Source: Chloroflexota bacterium
Lineage (GTDB): Bacteria; Chloroflexota; Limnocylindria; P2-11E
Reading direction: 5' to 3'
DNA length: 64,000 bases
NCBI GenBank assembly: GCA_005889275.1
Contig: VBFI01000049.1
Span: forward strand, 7,214-71,213
Below, in pieces: positions 18,210 to 27,037 of this stretch. Each line of letters opens with the position of its first letter. Positions within the stretch are counted from its first letter, which is position 1. The translations under genes and the position numbers were made by a program. The notes under the pieces are model-generated. The model worked only from the letters and a program-made list of their open reading frames with translations, made no database searches and was not told where the DNA came from.

Positions 18210-19973
18210 TTAGGTCTTCTTCGTCACGTAGACGTCGGTGAATCGCGCGATCTCGAACCCGAGGGCGGTGATGTAGTAGTTCTTCACCCACGGCTTCTGG
18301 AGGATCTTCGTCGCGCCGTAGTAGATGAACGCCGCGGCGGCGTCCTGCGAGAGGAGCCGCGACGCCTGCTGGTACATGTCGTCGCGCTTCTTGGAGTCGC
18401 CTTCTTTGTCCGCCGCGAAGACCAGGTCGTCGAACTGCTTGCTGGTGTAGCCAACACGACCTGATGAGGCCTTCGAAGAGAAGACCGTCGTCAGCCAGTC
18501 CTGCTGGTCGTAGTAGTCCGGGCACCAGCCGAGAAGGAACATGAGCGGGAGCGTCTCGGGCTTCTTGACCAGCTGCGTGAACGTGGTGGAGTCGACCGGG
18601 TCGAGCGTGATGTTGGCGTTCAGGTTGGTCTTCCACTGCTGCTGGAACCACTCGAGACGCGTCTTGTTCCGGGCGTTCGCGGAGTAGGTGATCTTCACGT
18701 CGGCGAGGGCGGCCGTCGCCGCCGGTGCCGCCTGCGCGAGCGCCGCCTTCGCGGCGGCCGGGTCGAACTTCTGGAAGGTGTCGCCGGCGTCGTAGCCCGG
18801 GAGACCGGGTGAGATGAAGGAAGTCGACGGCTTGCCGATCTTCTGGACGTCGTTGATGTACGCGTCGCGGTCGAAGGACTTCGCGAACGCGACGCGGACG
18901 TTCTTGTCGTTGAACGGAGCCTTGCGGTTGTTGAAGCCGACGTAGTAGCTGCAGCCGTCCGGGCCGTCCACGACCTGCTTCTTGAGGTCGGCGTCGCCGT
19001 CGATCGTGCGGAGGTCTTCCGCGGCCACGCCGTAGAGATCGATCTCGTTGTTGCGGTACGCGGCGAAGGCGACCGCGCCCTCGGTGATCATGACGACGGT
19101 CCACTTCGCGAGCTTGGTCGGGGTCCGGTAGTTCGGGTTGCGGGTAAAGACCATCTTCTCGTTGTGCTTCCACTCGCTGAGGACGAAGGGACCGTTGCCG
19201 ATGAACGTCGCGGGCTCGGTCCACTTGTCGCCACCCTTGGTGACGGTGTCCTCACGAGCTGGTGCGCCGACCCAGATGCTCGCGATCGCGTTGAAATACG
19301 GCGCCGGGTCGGTGAGCTTGAAGGTGATGTCGTTGCCGCTGACGGTGATGTTGCTCAGGAAGTCCGTCTTCGCGGATGCGAGCTTCGCCGGGTCGTCCTT
19401 CTTCGGGTCCATCGAGTTCCAGGCTTCGCAGCCCGCGACGATGTAACCGGTGAAGGCGTACTCACCCGCGGTCGCCGGGTCGCAGAGGCGCTGCCACCCG
19501 TACTTGAAGTCGTTCGCGGTGATCGCCTTGCCGTCCGAATACTTGAGACCGTCGCGGAGCGTGTACGTGTAGGTCTTCCCGTCCGCACTGATCTTCGGCT
19601 GGTCCTTCGCCGCGGCGGGAATCACCTTGCCCGTCTTCACATCGGCCGTCATGAGCGCCTCGAAGACCCTCATGGTGACGCCGATCTCGTCGACGAACGA
19701 CTCCTTTTGCGGGTCGATGGTGTCGGGCTCGCCGCCCACGCGGGTGGTGAGCTCGCCGTTCGGGTCCGCCTGGTCCGTCCCGCCGCCGGTGCTGGGGCCG
19801 CCGCCCTGCTGCGTGCAGGCGCTGACGACGAGTCCCAGGAGCGTCAGGAGGGTCAGGAGCGGAAGGATGCGACTGCGACTTGCGGTCAAGATCCGCCTCC
19901 CTCTCTCTTCTCGTTTGGGTTTGCGCGAATTCTGGGCCATTGTCAGTACCGACGCCACCCGGGACGGGTTCAT
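18210..19973 (-). CDS. Family-5 SBP lipoprotein SBP3
   Basis: Start MNPSRVASVLTMAQNSRKPK...LLTLLTLLGLVVSAC (lipobox). The ATG at 19973-19971 overlaps the SBP4 stop as ATGA. The longer track ORF is read-through. Confidence 0.8.
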   Translation of the reverse strand: MNPSRVASVLTMAQNSRKPKREERGRRILTASRSRILPLLTLLTLLGLVVSACTQQGGGPSTGGGTDQADPNGELTTRVGGEPDTIDPQKESFVDEIGVTMRVFEALMTADVKTGKVIPAAAKDQPKISADGKTYTYTLRDGLKYSDGKAITANDFKYGWQRLCDPATAGEYAFTGYIVAGCEAWNSMDPKKDDPAKLASAKTDFLSNITVSGNDITFKLTDPAPYFNAIASIWVGAPAREDTVTKGGDKWTEPATFIGNGPFVLSEWKHNEKMVFTRNPNYRTPTKLAKWTVVMITEGAVAFAAYRNNEIDLYGVAAEDLRTIDGDADLKKQVVDGPDGCSYYVGFNNRKAPFNDKNVRVAFAKSFDRDAYINDVQKIGKPSTSFISPGLPGYDAGDTFQKFDPAAAKAALAQAAPAATAALADVKITYSANARNKTRLEWFQQQWKTNLNANITLDPVDSTTFTQLVKKPETLPLMFLLGWCPDYYDQQDWLTTVFSSKASSGRVGYTSKQFDDLVFAADKEGDSKKRDDMYQQASRLLSQDAAAAFIYYGATKILQKPWVKNYYITALGFEIARFTDVYVTKKT

Positions 19974-21547
19974 CGGGCGAACGTCCAGCGATATACGTTC
20001 CACGAGAGCGGGGCCGAGGAGGGCGGTGGCTGAAGATCCGCGAGCGCCTGCGGGGCGACGTCGACCCGGAGCTCTTGATAGAGCGGCAGCGCGGGGAGGA
20101 CCGAGGCCCAGAGCCGCTCCATCTCGGCGTAGATCGCGCGCTTTTCGCCGCGGTCGGGCGCGGCGACCGCCGCCGACGCGAGGACGTCGAACCATGGATC
20201 GACGAGGCCGGCCCAGCGTTCGGAGGCGAGGCGCGGATCCGCTGCGTCCTCCGGAGCGATCGCGAGATCGAAGCGCCCGGTGGCGATGTCCGAGCGCAGG
20301 TCGGCAAGCGATCGCTCGCGGACATCCGCGGCGATCCCGACCGCGGCGAGGTCGCCGGCGACACGCCGGGCGACGTCCGTGCGGGCGACCGATCCCGCGG
20401 CGACGAGCACGGTGGCGGTCATCCGCTCGCCTGCCCGCTCGAGGATGCCGAACTGGCCCTTTGTGAATCCGGCTCCGGCGAGCAACGCGCGCGCGCGGTC
20501 GCGGTCCGGGGCGACGGCCGGCACGGTCTCGTCGGCCGATGCCCAGAGCGGGGGCAGAAGGTAGGTGCGTGGTACGAGGGCCCGTCCGACGAAGACATCA
20601 TCGACGATCGACTTCCGGTCCACGGTGAGCTCGACCGCCTTACGAACGCTCGCGTCGCCGAAGCGTTTGGGATCGGCGCCGAACCGGAGCACTTCGAGCG
20701 CCTCCGCGGGCTTGTAGTACGCCTGGAGGCGCGTGCCGTCGGCGAACCGGTCGAGCGTCTTCGCGAGATCCGCTTCGAGGACCGGCCACGGAACGAGGTC
20801 GACGTCGCCGCGGAGCAGCGCCTGCAGCGCCGCGGCACGCGTCGGGAGGAAATGGATCTCGATGCGTCCGAGCCCGGGCGCGCCGAGCGCATACGACTTG
20901 AACGACGAGAGCGTGATGTTCCCCGGCAGCCACGCGGCGATCGCGAAGGGGCCGGCATGGACCGGCTCGCGCGCGTACGCCGCGAGTTGCGGCGCCGTCG
21001 CGCCCAAAAGACGGTGCCGCGGGAGCACGCGTGGACCGAGCGCGTAGTCGTCCCACCGCTCGCCGTCGCGGTAGAGCACCCGAAGGTCGCGCGGTCCGAG
21101 CACCTCGACACGATCGATGCGGTCGGCGTTCCAGCGGAGCGCCGTTCCCGGCGCTTCCTGCGAGTCCCGCTCCCACGCGAAGCGCACGTCGGACGCGGTG
21201 ATCGCCTCGCCGTCCTGCCAGGTCGCGTCGCGCAAACGGAATGTCGCGACGAGACGTCCGCTCGGGGCGGTCGGGTCGTCGGTCACCACCCGGAGGGCGC
21301 CGTTCTCGAGCGTGGGCACGGACTCGGCGAGCCGCGGCACGAGCTCGTCGTGCTCGTCACGGACGACCAGCGTTTCGGTCACGGCCGCCGCGAGAAAACG
21401 CGCGGACGGGTCGTCGTCGAACACCGTGCGCGGCTCGCCGACCAGCCCGACGACGAGGTCACGCCGCGGCGGAGGCGTCGAGGCGCACGCCGTCCCGAGG
21501 ACGATGCCGAGAGCGACGACGTACGCGGCGCGCGCGGTGGAGATCAG
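19970..21547 (-). CDS. Family-5 SBP lipoprotein SBP4; start uncertain (no canonical start codon ahead of the signal peptide)
   Basis: Mature part ...LISTARAAYVVALGIVLGTACASTPPPRRDLVVGLVGEPRTVFDDDPSARF.... The only codon that gives a signal peptide is CTG at 21547-21545, which overlaps the anti-sigma TGA as CTGA. Confidence 0.6.
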   Translation of the reverse strand: MISTARAAYVVALGIVLGTACASTPPPRRDLVVGLVGEPRTVFDDDPSARFLAAAVTETLVVRDEHDELVPRLAESVPTLENGALRVVTDDPTAPSGRLVATFRLRDATWQDGEAITASDVRFAWERDSQEAPGTALRWNADRIDRVEVLGPRDLRVLYRDGERWDDYALGPRVLPRHRLLGATAPQLAAYAREPVHAGPFAIAAWLPGNITLSSFKSYALGAPGLGRIEIHFLPTRAAALQALLRGDVDLVPWPVLEADLAKTLDRFADGTRLQAYYKPAEALEVLRFGADPKRFGDASVRKAVELTVDRKSIVDDVFVGRALVPRTYLLPPLWASADETVPAVAPDRDRARALLAGAGFTKGQFGILERAGERMTATVLVAAGSVARTDVARRVAGDLAAVGIAADVRERSLADLRSDIATGRFDLAIAPEDAADPRLASERWAGLVDPWFDVLASAAVAAPDRGEKRAIYAEMERLWASVLPALPLYQELRVDVAPQALADLQPPPSSAPLSWNVYRWTFAR

Positions 21548-22122
21548 CGCGGTGTGGCGGTCGGGTTGGTGACGATCTCCACCTGTTCGACTTCGACGTC
21601 GTAGCGTCCGCCCGCCGGAAGCCGGACCGTGCTGCGGACGATGACGGGCGCGCCTGCCGCGGCGGTCTGCGCGCGCAGCCAACGGAAGTAGTCGATGCTC
21701 GTGTCGTCGACGGGTGGCTGCGCCCGGAAGTAGTCGCGGATCACCGAGTGTGGCGCCGGCGCCGCCGTCTGCTGCTCGACCGATCCGGTCAGGGCGAAGA
21801 GCGCCACGCCGAGGGCGACCGAGACCTCGGCGAAGCGCGCGAAGAGCGCCGGTGCGCGAAGCCAGGTCGTCGGCTCTTCGCGTCGGCTGCCCAGGGCGGC
21901 GAGACGCACTCGGCCAGGGGCGACCGCGGCACGCTGCGACCGCAGGGGCGCGAAGGCGCGCTCGAGCGCGCGGTCGATGGCGACTGCGTCGCGGAGGGCT
22001 TCGGCGCAGTCGAGGCACGTCGCGGCGTGCGCCTCGAGATCAAGGCGCTCGCGCACCGACAGCGAGCCGGTCGCGCCGGCGTACGGGACCACTGACGTGC
22101 AACCGCGAGCGAAGATCCTCAT
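21544..22122 (-). CDS. Anti-sigma factor, ZAS family (H-X3-C-X2-C) with one TM helix
   Basis: MRIFARGCTSVVPYAGATGSLSVRERLDLEAHAATCLDCAEALRDAV...VSVALGVALFALTGSV. The ATG overlaps the sigma stop as ATGA. Confidence 0.75.
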   Translation of the reverse strand: MRIFARGCTSVVPYAGATGSLSVRERLDLEAHAATCLDCAEALRDAVAIDRALERAFAPLRSQRAAVAPGRVRLAALGSRREEPTTWLRAPALFARFAEVSVALGVALFALTGSVEQQTAAPAPHSVIRDYFRAQPPVDDTSIDYFRWLRAQTAAAGAPVIVRSTVRLPAGGRYDVEVEQVEIVTNPTATPR

Positions 22123-22784
22123 TCGTCCTCGATGGGCACCGGCGCCGTTATCGGCTTGGCCCTGCGAAATCCTGTAGCCGGTGCGGGCCGGCTCGGTTCG
22201 ATCCCGAGCTCGGGATGTGCCGCAAGATGCGTTCGGAGTCGGCGCAGGGCGTAGTGCAGCCGGGACTTCACGGTGCCGACGGGGCAATCCACCACCTCGG
22301 CGATCTCCGCGAGGTTGAGCCCGTTCAGGTAATGGAGGACGACGACGATCCGGTGCTTGGGTCCGAGCGCGTCGACGGACTGGAGCACGAAGCGCCGGAG
22401 CTCGGCTTGCTCGGCGATGCTCGGCGGCGATCCCTCGTCGTTCGCGAAGGTGTCGCCCGCCGCCTCCTCGAGGGACGACAGGATCACGTTCTTTCGGGGC
22501 CGCCGGTTGTACGAGAGGTTCACCGCGACGCGGTAGAGCCACGGCCGAAGGGAATTGTCCGGCTCGAGGCGCGCGAGCGCGCGGTGCGCTCGGGTGAACG
22601 TGTCGACGACGATCTCTTCCGCCGCGGAGGGATCCTTGGTGATCGCGAGCCCGAGGCGAAAGATCCCGTCCCGATACCGGTAGAAGAGTGCGTCGAAGGC
22701 GAGCATCTCCCCGGTCCGCGCCGCGTACACGAGCTCGCGGTCGCTGCGCTCTTCGCCCGAGATACCTTGCTTCGCGGCCTTCAT
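22119..22784 (-). CDS. ECF (sigma-70 family group 4) RNA polymerase sigma factor
   Basis: MKAAKQGISGEERSDRELVYAARTGEMLAFDALFYRYRDGIFRLGLAITKDPSAAEEIVVDTFTRAHRAL (region 2) ... LNGLNLAEIAEVVDCPVGTVKSRLHYALRRL (region 4). The ATG overlaps the NlpC/P60 stop as ATGA. Confidence 0.85.
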   Translation of the reverse strand: MKAAKQGISGEERSDRELVYAARTGEMLAFDALFYRYRDGIFRLGLAITKDPSAAEEIVVDTFTRAHRALARLEPDNSLRPWLYRVAVNLSYNRRPRKNVILSSLEEAAGDTFANDEGSPPSIAEQAELRRFVLQSVDALGPKHRIVVVLHYLNGLNLAEIAEVVDCPVGTVKSRLHYALRRLRTHLAAHPELGIEPSRPAPATGFRRAKPITAPVPIEDE

Positions 22785-23620
22785 CCCCCGCCCACCTCCG
22801 GTACCGGCGGAAGGTAGCGGCGGATCGCGCTCAGCGTGCGATCGCCACCGAGCTGTCCCCGCTCCACGACGCCACCGCTCATCGGTGCGTGGAGGAAGTC
22901 GCGCGCGCCGGTCGCCAGGGCGACGTGTGTCACGGACTCGGCGCCGAAGAAGAGGAGATCGCCCGGTGCGGCGTCCTCCACCTTCGTACCGAGCGTGGCC
23001 TGCTGATCCGCGTCTCGCGGCAGGGACAACCCGTTCAAACGGTACACCTGCTGCACGAAACCGGAACAGTCCATGCCACGGGCGGTCGTCCCACCCCACA
23101 GGTACGGAGCTCCGATGAACGCCTCGGCCGTGCGGAGAAGATCGGAGGGGGTCGGATACCCGTGCGGCACGTCGACGAGGGCGGCGACGTGCTCCCCGGA
23201 GATGAAACCGGTTCGCTCGCCCCGGTCGCCCAGGATGCTCACCTCGAGCCAACCGCCGAGCGGGGACGGCGCCGGGACGAGACCGCCGGCCCCGGTCGAG
23301 AGGCGCGTCTCGGGGACGAGCGCGCCGCACGGGAGCTCCGCGATCACCGCCGACGCCGGCGCGGGACGCTCGCGCACCGGCGCGAGGATGACGGTCACGA
23401 CCGCGTTCCGTCCGTACTTCGTGAACTGGTAGAGCGACGCGCGCGTGCACCAACCGAAGTAGAGATCCTCTCCCTGCACGTAGCGCCAGTCCCCTTCCGC
23501 CCCGAGGACGCGCACGTGCTCGCCCCAGTGCGCCTGATCGACGAGCTCGGCGTCGTGACCCGGGGACGCGCGAAGATCGACGAGGGCCTGGCGAACGACC
23601 GCCCGGTGCGGCCAGGTCAT
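22781..23620 (-). CDS. NlpC/P60 (C40) peptidoglycan peptidase with an N-terminal SH3b-like domain
   Basis: MTWPHRAVVRQALVDLRASPGHDAELVDQAHWGEHVRVLGAEGDWRYVQGEDLYFGW ... GAPYLWGGTTARGMDCSGFVQQVYRLNGLSLPRDADQQATLGTKVEDAAPGDLLFF...THVALATG (Cys and His of the catalytic triad). Confidence 0.8.
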   Translation of the reverse strand: MTWPHRAVVRQALVDLRASPGHDAELVDQAHWGEHVRVLGAEGDWRYVQGEDLYFGWCTRASLYQFTKYGRNAVVTVILAPVRERPAPASAVIAELPCGALVPETRLSTGAGGLVPAPSPLGGWLEVSILGDRGERTGFISGEHVAALVDVPHGYPTPSDLLRTAEAFIGAPYLWGGTTARGMDCSGFVQQVYRLNGLSLPRDADQQATLGTKVEDAAPGDLLFFGAESVTHVALATGARDFLHAPMSGGVVERGQLGGDRTLSAIRRYLPPVPEVGGG

Positions 23621-23643
23621 CGCCACCTTCGTGGTGGGCCGTA

Positions 23644-25158
23644 CTAGACCGGTCGCTGCCACCTGAGGACCGGCTTTCGCGCGGCGGTGACCTCGTCCAG
23701 CCGCGCGAGCGGCGTGTACTTGGGCGCGGCCTTCACCGAGGCGGGATCGCTCTCCGCGCGTTCGGCGATCCGCTTCATCGCCGCCGCGAACGCGTCGAGG
23801 GTCTCGCGCGGCTCGGTCTCGGTCGGCTCGATCATCATCGCCTCGGCCACGATGAGGGGGAAGTACACGGTCGGGGAGTGGAAGCCTTCGTCGAGGAGCG
23901 CCTTCCCGATATCGAGCGCGCTCGCACCTTGCCGCTTCTGTTTCGCGGCCGACAGAACGAACTCGTGCATCGGGGTCCGGTCGTACGCGACGTCGTACTT
24001 GTCCCGGAGCAGCGCGAGCAGGTAGTTCGCGGCGAGGATCGCGTCGCGCCCCGTCTCCAGCATGCCGTCTTCGCCCAGCGTCTTCATATAGGTGTAGGCG
24101 CGCACGAGGACACCGAAGTTCCCGATGCGCTGCTTGATCGTGCCGATCGAGTCGCCGAGCCCGGCGGGCGCCCGGTCCTCCCGCGCGGTGTCGTAGTGGT
24201 ACGAGCCGTCGGCCTCGCGAACGATCCACGGCTTCGGCAGGAAGGGACGGAGATGCGCCTTCACGCAGAGCGGCCCCGCGCCCGGACCGCCGGCGCCATG
24301 GGGAGTCGAGAACGTCTTATGGACGTTGATATGGACGCAGTCGAAGCCGAGATCACCCGGGCGGGCAATACCGAGGAGCGCGTTCATGTTCGCGCCGTCG
24401 CCGTACACGAGCGCGCCCGCGCCGTGCACAGCGTCGCAGACCTCACGCACGCGCTCCTCGAAGAGACCGAGCGTGTTCGGATTCGTCAGCATGAAGCCCG
24501 CGACGTCGGGTCCCAGCGCGCTCTTCAGCGCGTCGAGGTCGACGTTGCCGCGCGCGTCGCTCTTCACGGTCGTGACCTGGTAGCCGCACATCGCCGCGGA
24601 CGCGGGGTTCGTCCCATGCGCGGAGTCGGGGACGATGATCCGCCGCCGCGTCGCGGCCTCGCCTCGTTTCGCGTGGTAGGCCTTGAACACGAGCAGCGCG
24701 GTGAACTCCGATTGCGCACCGGCCTGCGGTTGCAGGCTCACGAAATCCATGCCGGTGATCTTCGCCAGCATCTGCTCGAGCTCGTACGCGAGCGCGAGGA
24801 CACCCTGGGTCGTGCGATACGACTGACGCGGATGCAGGTCGGCGAACAGTGAAGCGACGCGATCGTTCACCTTCGGGTTGTACTTCATCGTGCATGAGCC
24901 GAGCGGATACATCCCGGCATCCACCGAATAGTTCAGCTGCGCGAGGTGCGTGTAGTGGCGCACGACCTGCGGCTCCGTGAGCTCGGGGAGGTGCAGCGGT
25001 GTCTTGCGCTGGAATGCAGCGGGGATGTCGGCCGCGTCGTCCGAGACCACGTGCCGACCGCTCCGCCCCGGCCGCGCGAGCTCGAAGAGGAGCGGCTCGA
25101 GCGCCGGCACCGCCGTCTTGGCGCCGACGTCGGGGATCACATGCGTACGGACCGTCAT
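23644..25158 (-). CDS. gcvPB: Glycine dehydrogenase (decarboxylating) subunit 2
   Basis: MTVRTHVIPDVGAKTAVPALEPLLFELARPGRSGRHVVSDD...YPLGSCTMKYNPKVN...; the ATG at 25158 overlaps the gcvPA stop. Confidence 0.88.
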   Translation of the reverse strand: MTVRTHVIPDVGAKTAVPALEPLLFELARPGRSGRHVVSDDAADIPAAFQRKTPLHLPELTEPQVVRHYTHLAQLNYSVDAGMYPLGSCTMKYNPKVNDRVASLFADLHPRQSYRTTQGVLALAYELEQMLAKITGMDFVSLQPQAGAQSEFTALLVFKAYHAKRGEAATRRRIIVPDSAHGTNPASAAMCGYQVTTVKSDARGNVDLDALKSALGPDVAGFMLTNPNTLGLFEERVREVCDAVHGAGALVYGDGANMNALLGIARPGDLGFDCVHINVHKTFSTPHGAGGPGAGPLCVKAHLRPFLPKPWIVREADGSYHYDTAREDRAPAGLGDSIGTIKQRIGNFGVLVRAYTYMKTLGEDGMLETGRDAILAANYLLALLRDKYDVAYDRTPMHEFVLSAAKQKRQGASALDIGKALLDEGFHSPTVYFPLIVAEAMMIEPTETEPRETLDAFAAAMKRIAERAESDPASVKAAPKYTPLARLDEVTAARKPVLRWQRPV

Positions 25159-26513
25159 CGCGCGGCCACCGTCTCTGGTGAACGCGCGAGCTGCGCGACG
25201 GCGTCGACGAGGGCGTCCGCGTCCGCTTCGCTGGTGAGCTCGGTGCACTGCGCGATCACGTCGTCCCGACCCTCGCGGCGTCCATCGACGTAATGCGACG
25301 CGGTCGCTTCGACCTGGATCCCGCGCGCGATGAGCGCGTTCCGCAGATCCCATCCCCCGATCTCGGTGCGCAGCGTGAAGCGATCGAAGAACGGACCTTC
25401 GTTTGCGATCGCGCAGCCCGGGAGCGCGGCGAGACGCTTCGCGAGCGCGTGCGCGCGCGCGACGCCGGCTCGCGCCGCGGCGCGGAGGCCCTCCGGACCG
25501 AGGAGCGAGAGGTACACGGCGGCCGTTATCGCGGCGAGCGCCTCGTTCGTGCAGATGTTGCTCGTCGCCTTCTCGCGGCGGATGTGCTGCTCACGCGTCT
25601 GGAGCGTGTTCACGAATCCGCGGGTGCCGTTCGCGTCGAGTGTCTGGCCCGCGATGCGGCCGGGCATCTGGCGCACGAGCGATTCGCGACACGCGAAGAT
25701 CCCAAGATGCGGGCCGCCGTACGACATCGTGATGCCGAGCGGCTGGCCCTCGCCGACGGCGATGTCGACGCCGAGCGCGCCCGGCGGCTCGAGCAGCGCG
25801 TTCGCATGCGGCTCGGTGACCTGCACGCAGAGCGCGCCTGCGGCGTGCGCCGCGTCCGCGATCTGGCGAACGTCGACGAGCGAGCCGAACGCGTCGGGGT
25901 GCTGGACGATGAGGCAGGCCGCGTCCTCGGCGGATGCCGCGAGCTTCGCGGTCGGCACCTCGACGATCTCGAGCTCCGGCCCGCGGCCGTACGTACGCAG
26001 AGTGCGGCGGTAGGTGAAGTCGACCTCGGTCGCGACGACGACCTTCTTCCGCCCGGTCACCCGAACGGCCATGAACGCCGCTTCGGCCGTGGCCGAACCG
26101 CCGTCGTACATGGAGGAGTTCACGACTTCCATCGCGAGCAGCTCGGCGATGAGCGACTGGTACTCGAAGACCCCCTGGAGCGTGCCCTGACTGACCTCGG
26201 GCTGGTACGGCGTGTACGCGGTCAGGAATTCGCCGCGCAGGGCGAGCACGGGCACCGCGGCGGGGATGTAGCGGCGCTGGATCGGCCCGCCGATGAAGAA
26301 CGGACCCGAGCCGGCCGTTCGGTTCATCGCCGCGAGACGCTCGAGGTGGGCCTGCACCTCCATCTCGGAAAGACCCGAGGCAAGACCGAGCCTCGGGAAG
26401 CGAGCGTCCTTCGGGATCGCGGTGAGCAGGTCGTCGACGCTCCGGACGCCGATCCGCTCGAGCATCGCCGCTCGGTCTTCTTCGGTGTGCGGCGAGTACG
26501 GGTTCGCGTTCAT
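25155..26513 (-). CDS. gcvPA: Glycine dehydrogenase (decarboxylating) subunit 1
   Basis: MNANPYSPHTEEDRAAMLERIGVRSVDDLLTAIPKDARF...TAYTPYQPEVSQGTLQ...; ATG at 26513. Confidence 0.88.
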   Translation of the reverse strand: MNANPYSPHTEEDRAAMLERIGVRSVDDLLTAIPKDARFPRLGLASGLSEMEVQAHLERLAAMNRTAGSGPFFIGGPIQRRYIPAAVPVLALRGEFLTAYTPYQPEVSQGTLQGVFEYQSLIAELLAMEVVNSSMYDGGSATAEAAFMAVRVTGRKKVVVATEVDFTYRRTLRTYGRGPELEIVEVPTAKLAASAEDAACLIVQHPDAFGSLVDVRQIADAAHAAGALCVQVTEPHANALLEPPGALGVDIAVGEGQPLGITMSYGGPHLGIFACRESLVRQMPGRIAGQTLDANGTRGFVNTLQTREQHIRREKATSNICTNEALAAITAAVYLSLLGPEGLRAAARAGVARAHALAKRLAALPGCAIANEGPFFDRFTLRTEIGGWDLRNALIARGIQVEATASHYVDGRREGRDDVIAQCTELTSEADADALVDAVAQLARSPETVAAR

Positions 26514-26632
26514 GCCGGGTCTCCGGCCCTCGGCCGCAAGACGCGCACATGGCTGGTGGTCTCGCTCGTCGCGGCCAGGGGAAGGGGCCCCTGAGCGCGA
26601 AGCGCCACGCTCCTCGCTCGTTCCACCCTTGA

Positions 26633-27037
26633 CTAATCCGCTCCGGCGCCGGCGGTCTCGCCGATATGCGAGCGGTAGTCGGCTGGAGAAAGGAGCTTCG
26701 CGAGCTCGCCTTTGTCGGCGAGGCGGACCTTGACCATCCAGCCGTCGCGGTAGGGGTCCGTGTTCACGAGCTCGGGGCTCTCGATGACTTTGACGTTCCG
26801 CTCCAGGACCTCGCCAGAGATCGGCGCGTAGATGTCGGACGCGGCCTTCACCGATTCGACCACGCCGAGGCTCGAGTACTGGCGCACCGTGGCGCCCTTC
26901 TCGGGAAGCTCGACGAAGACGACGTCTCCGAGCTGCTCCTGCGCGAAGTGCGTGATGCCGATCGTGGCCACGTCCCCGTCCGCACGCACCCACTCGTGCT
27001 CCTTGGAGTAGCGCAGATCGTCGGGAACGGTGCTCAC
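26633..27037 (-). CDS. gcvH: Glycine cleavage system H protein (lipoyl carrier)
   Basis: 134 aa, ...[21 protein letters not shown]... (lipoyl-Lys motif). Confidence 0.9.
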   Translation of the reverse strand: MSTVPDDLRYSKEHEWVRADGDVATIGITHFAQEQLGDVVFVELPEKGATVRQYSSLGVVESVKAASDIYAPISGEVLERNVKVIESPELVNTDPYRDGWMVKVRLADKGELAKLLSPADYRSHIGETAGAGAD

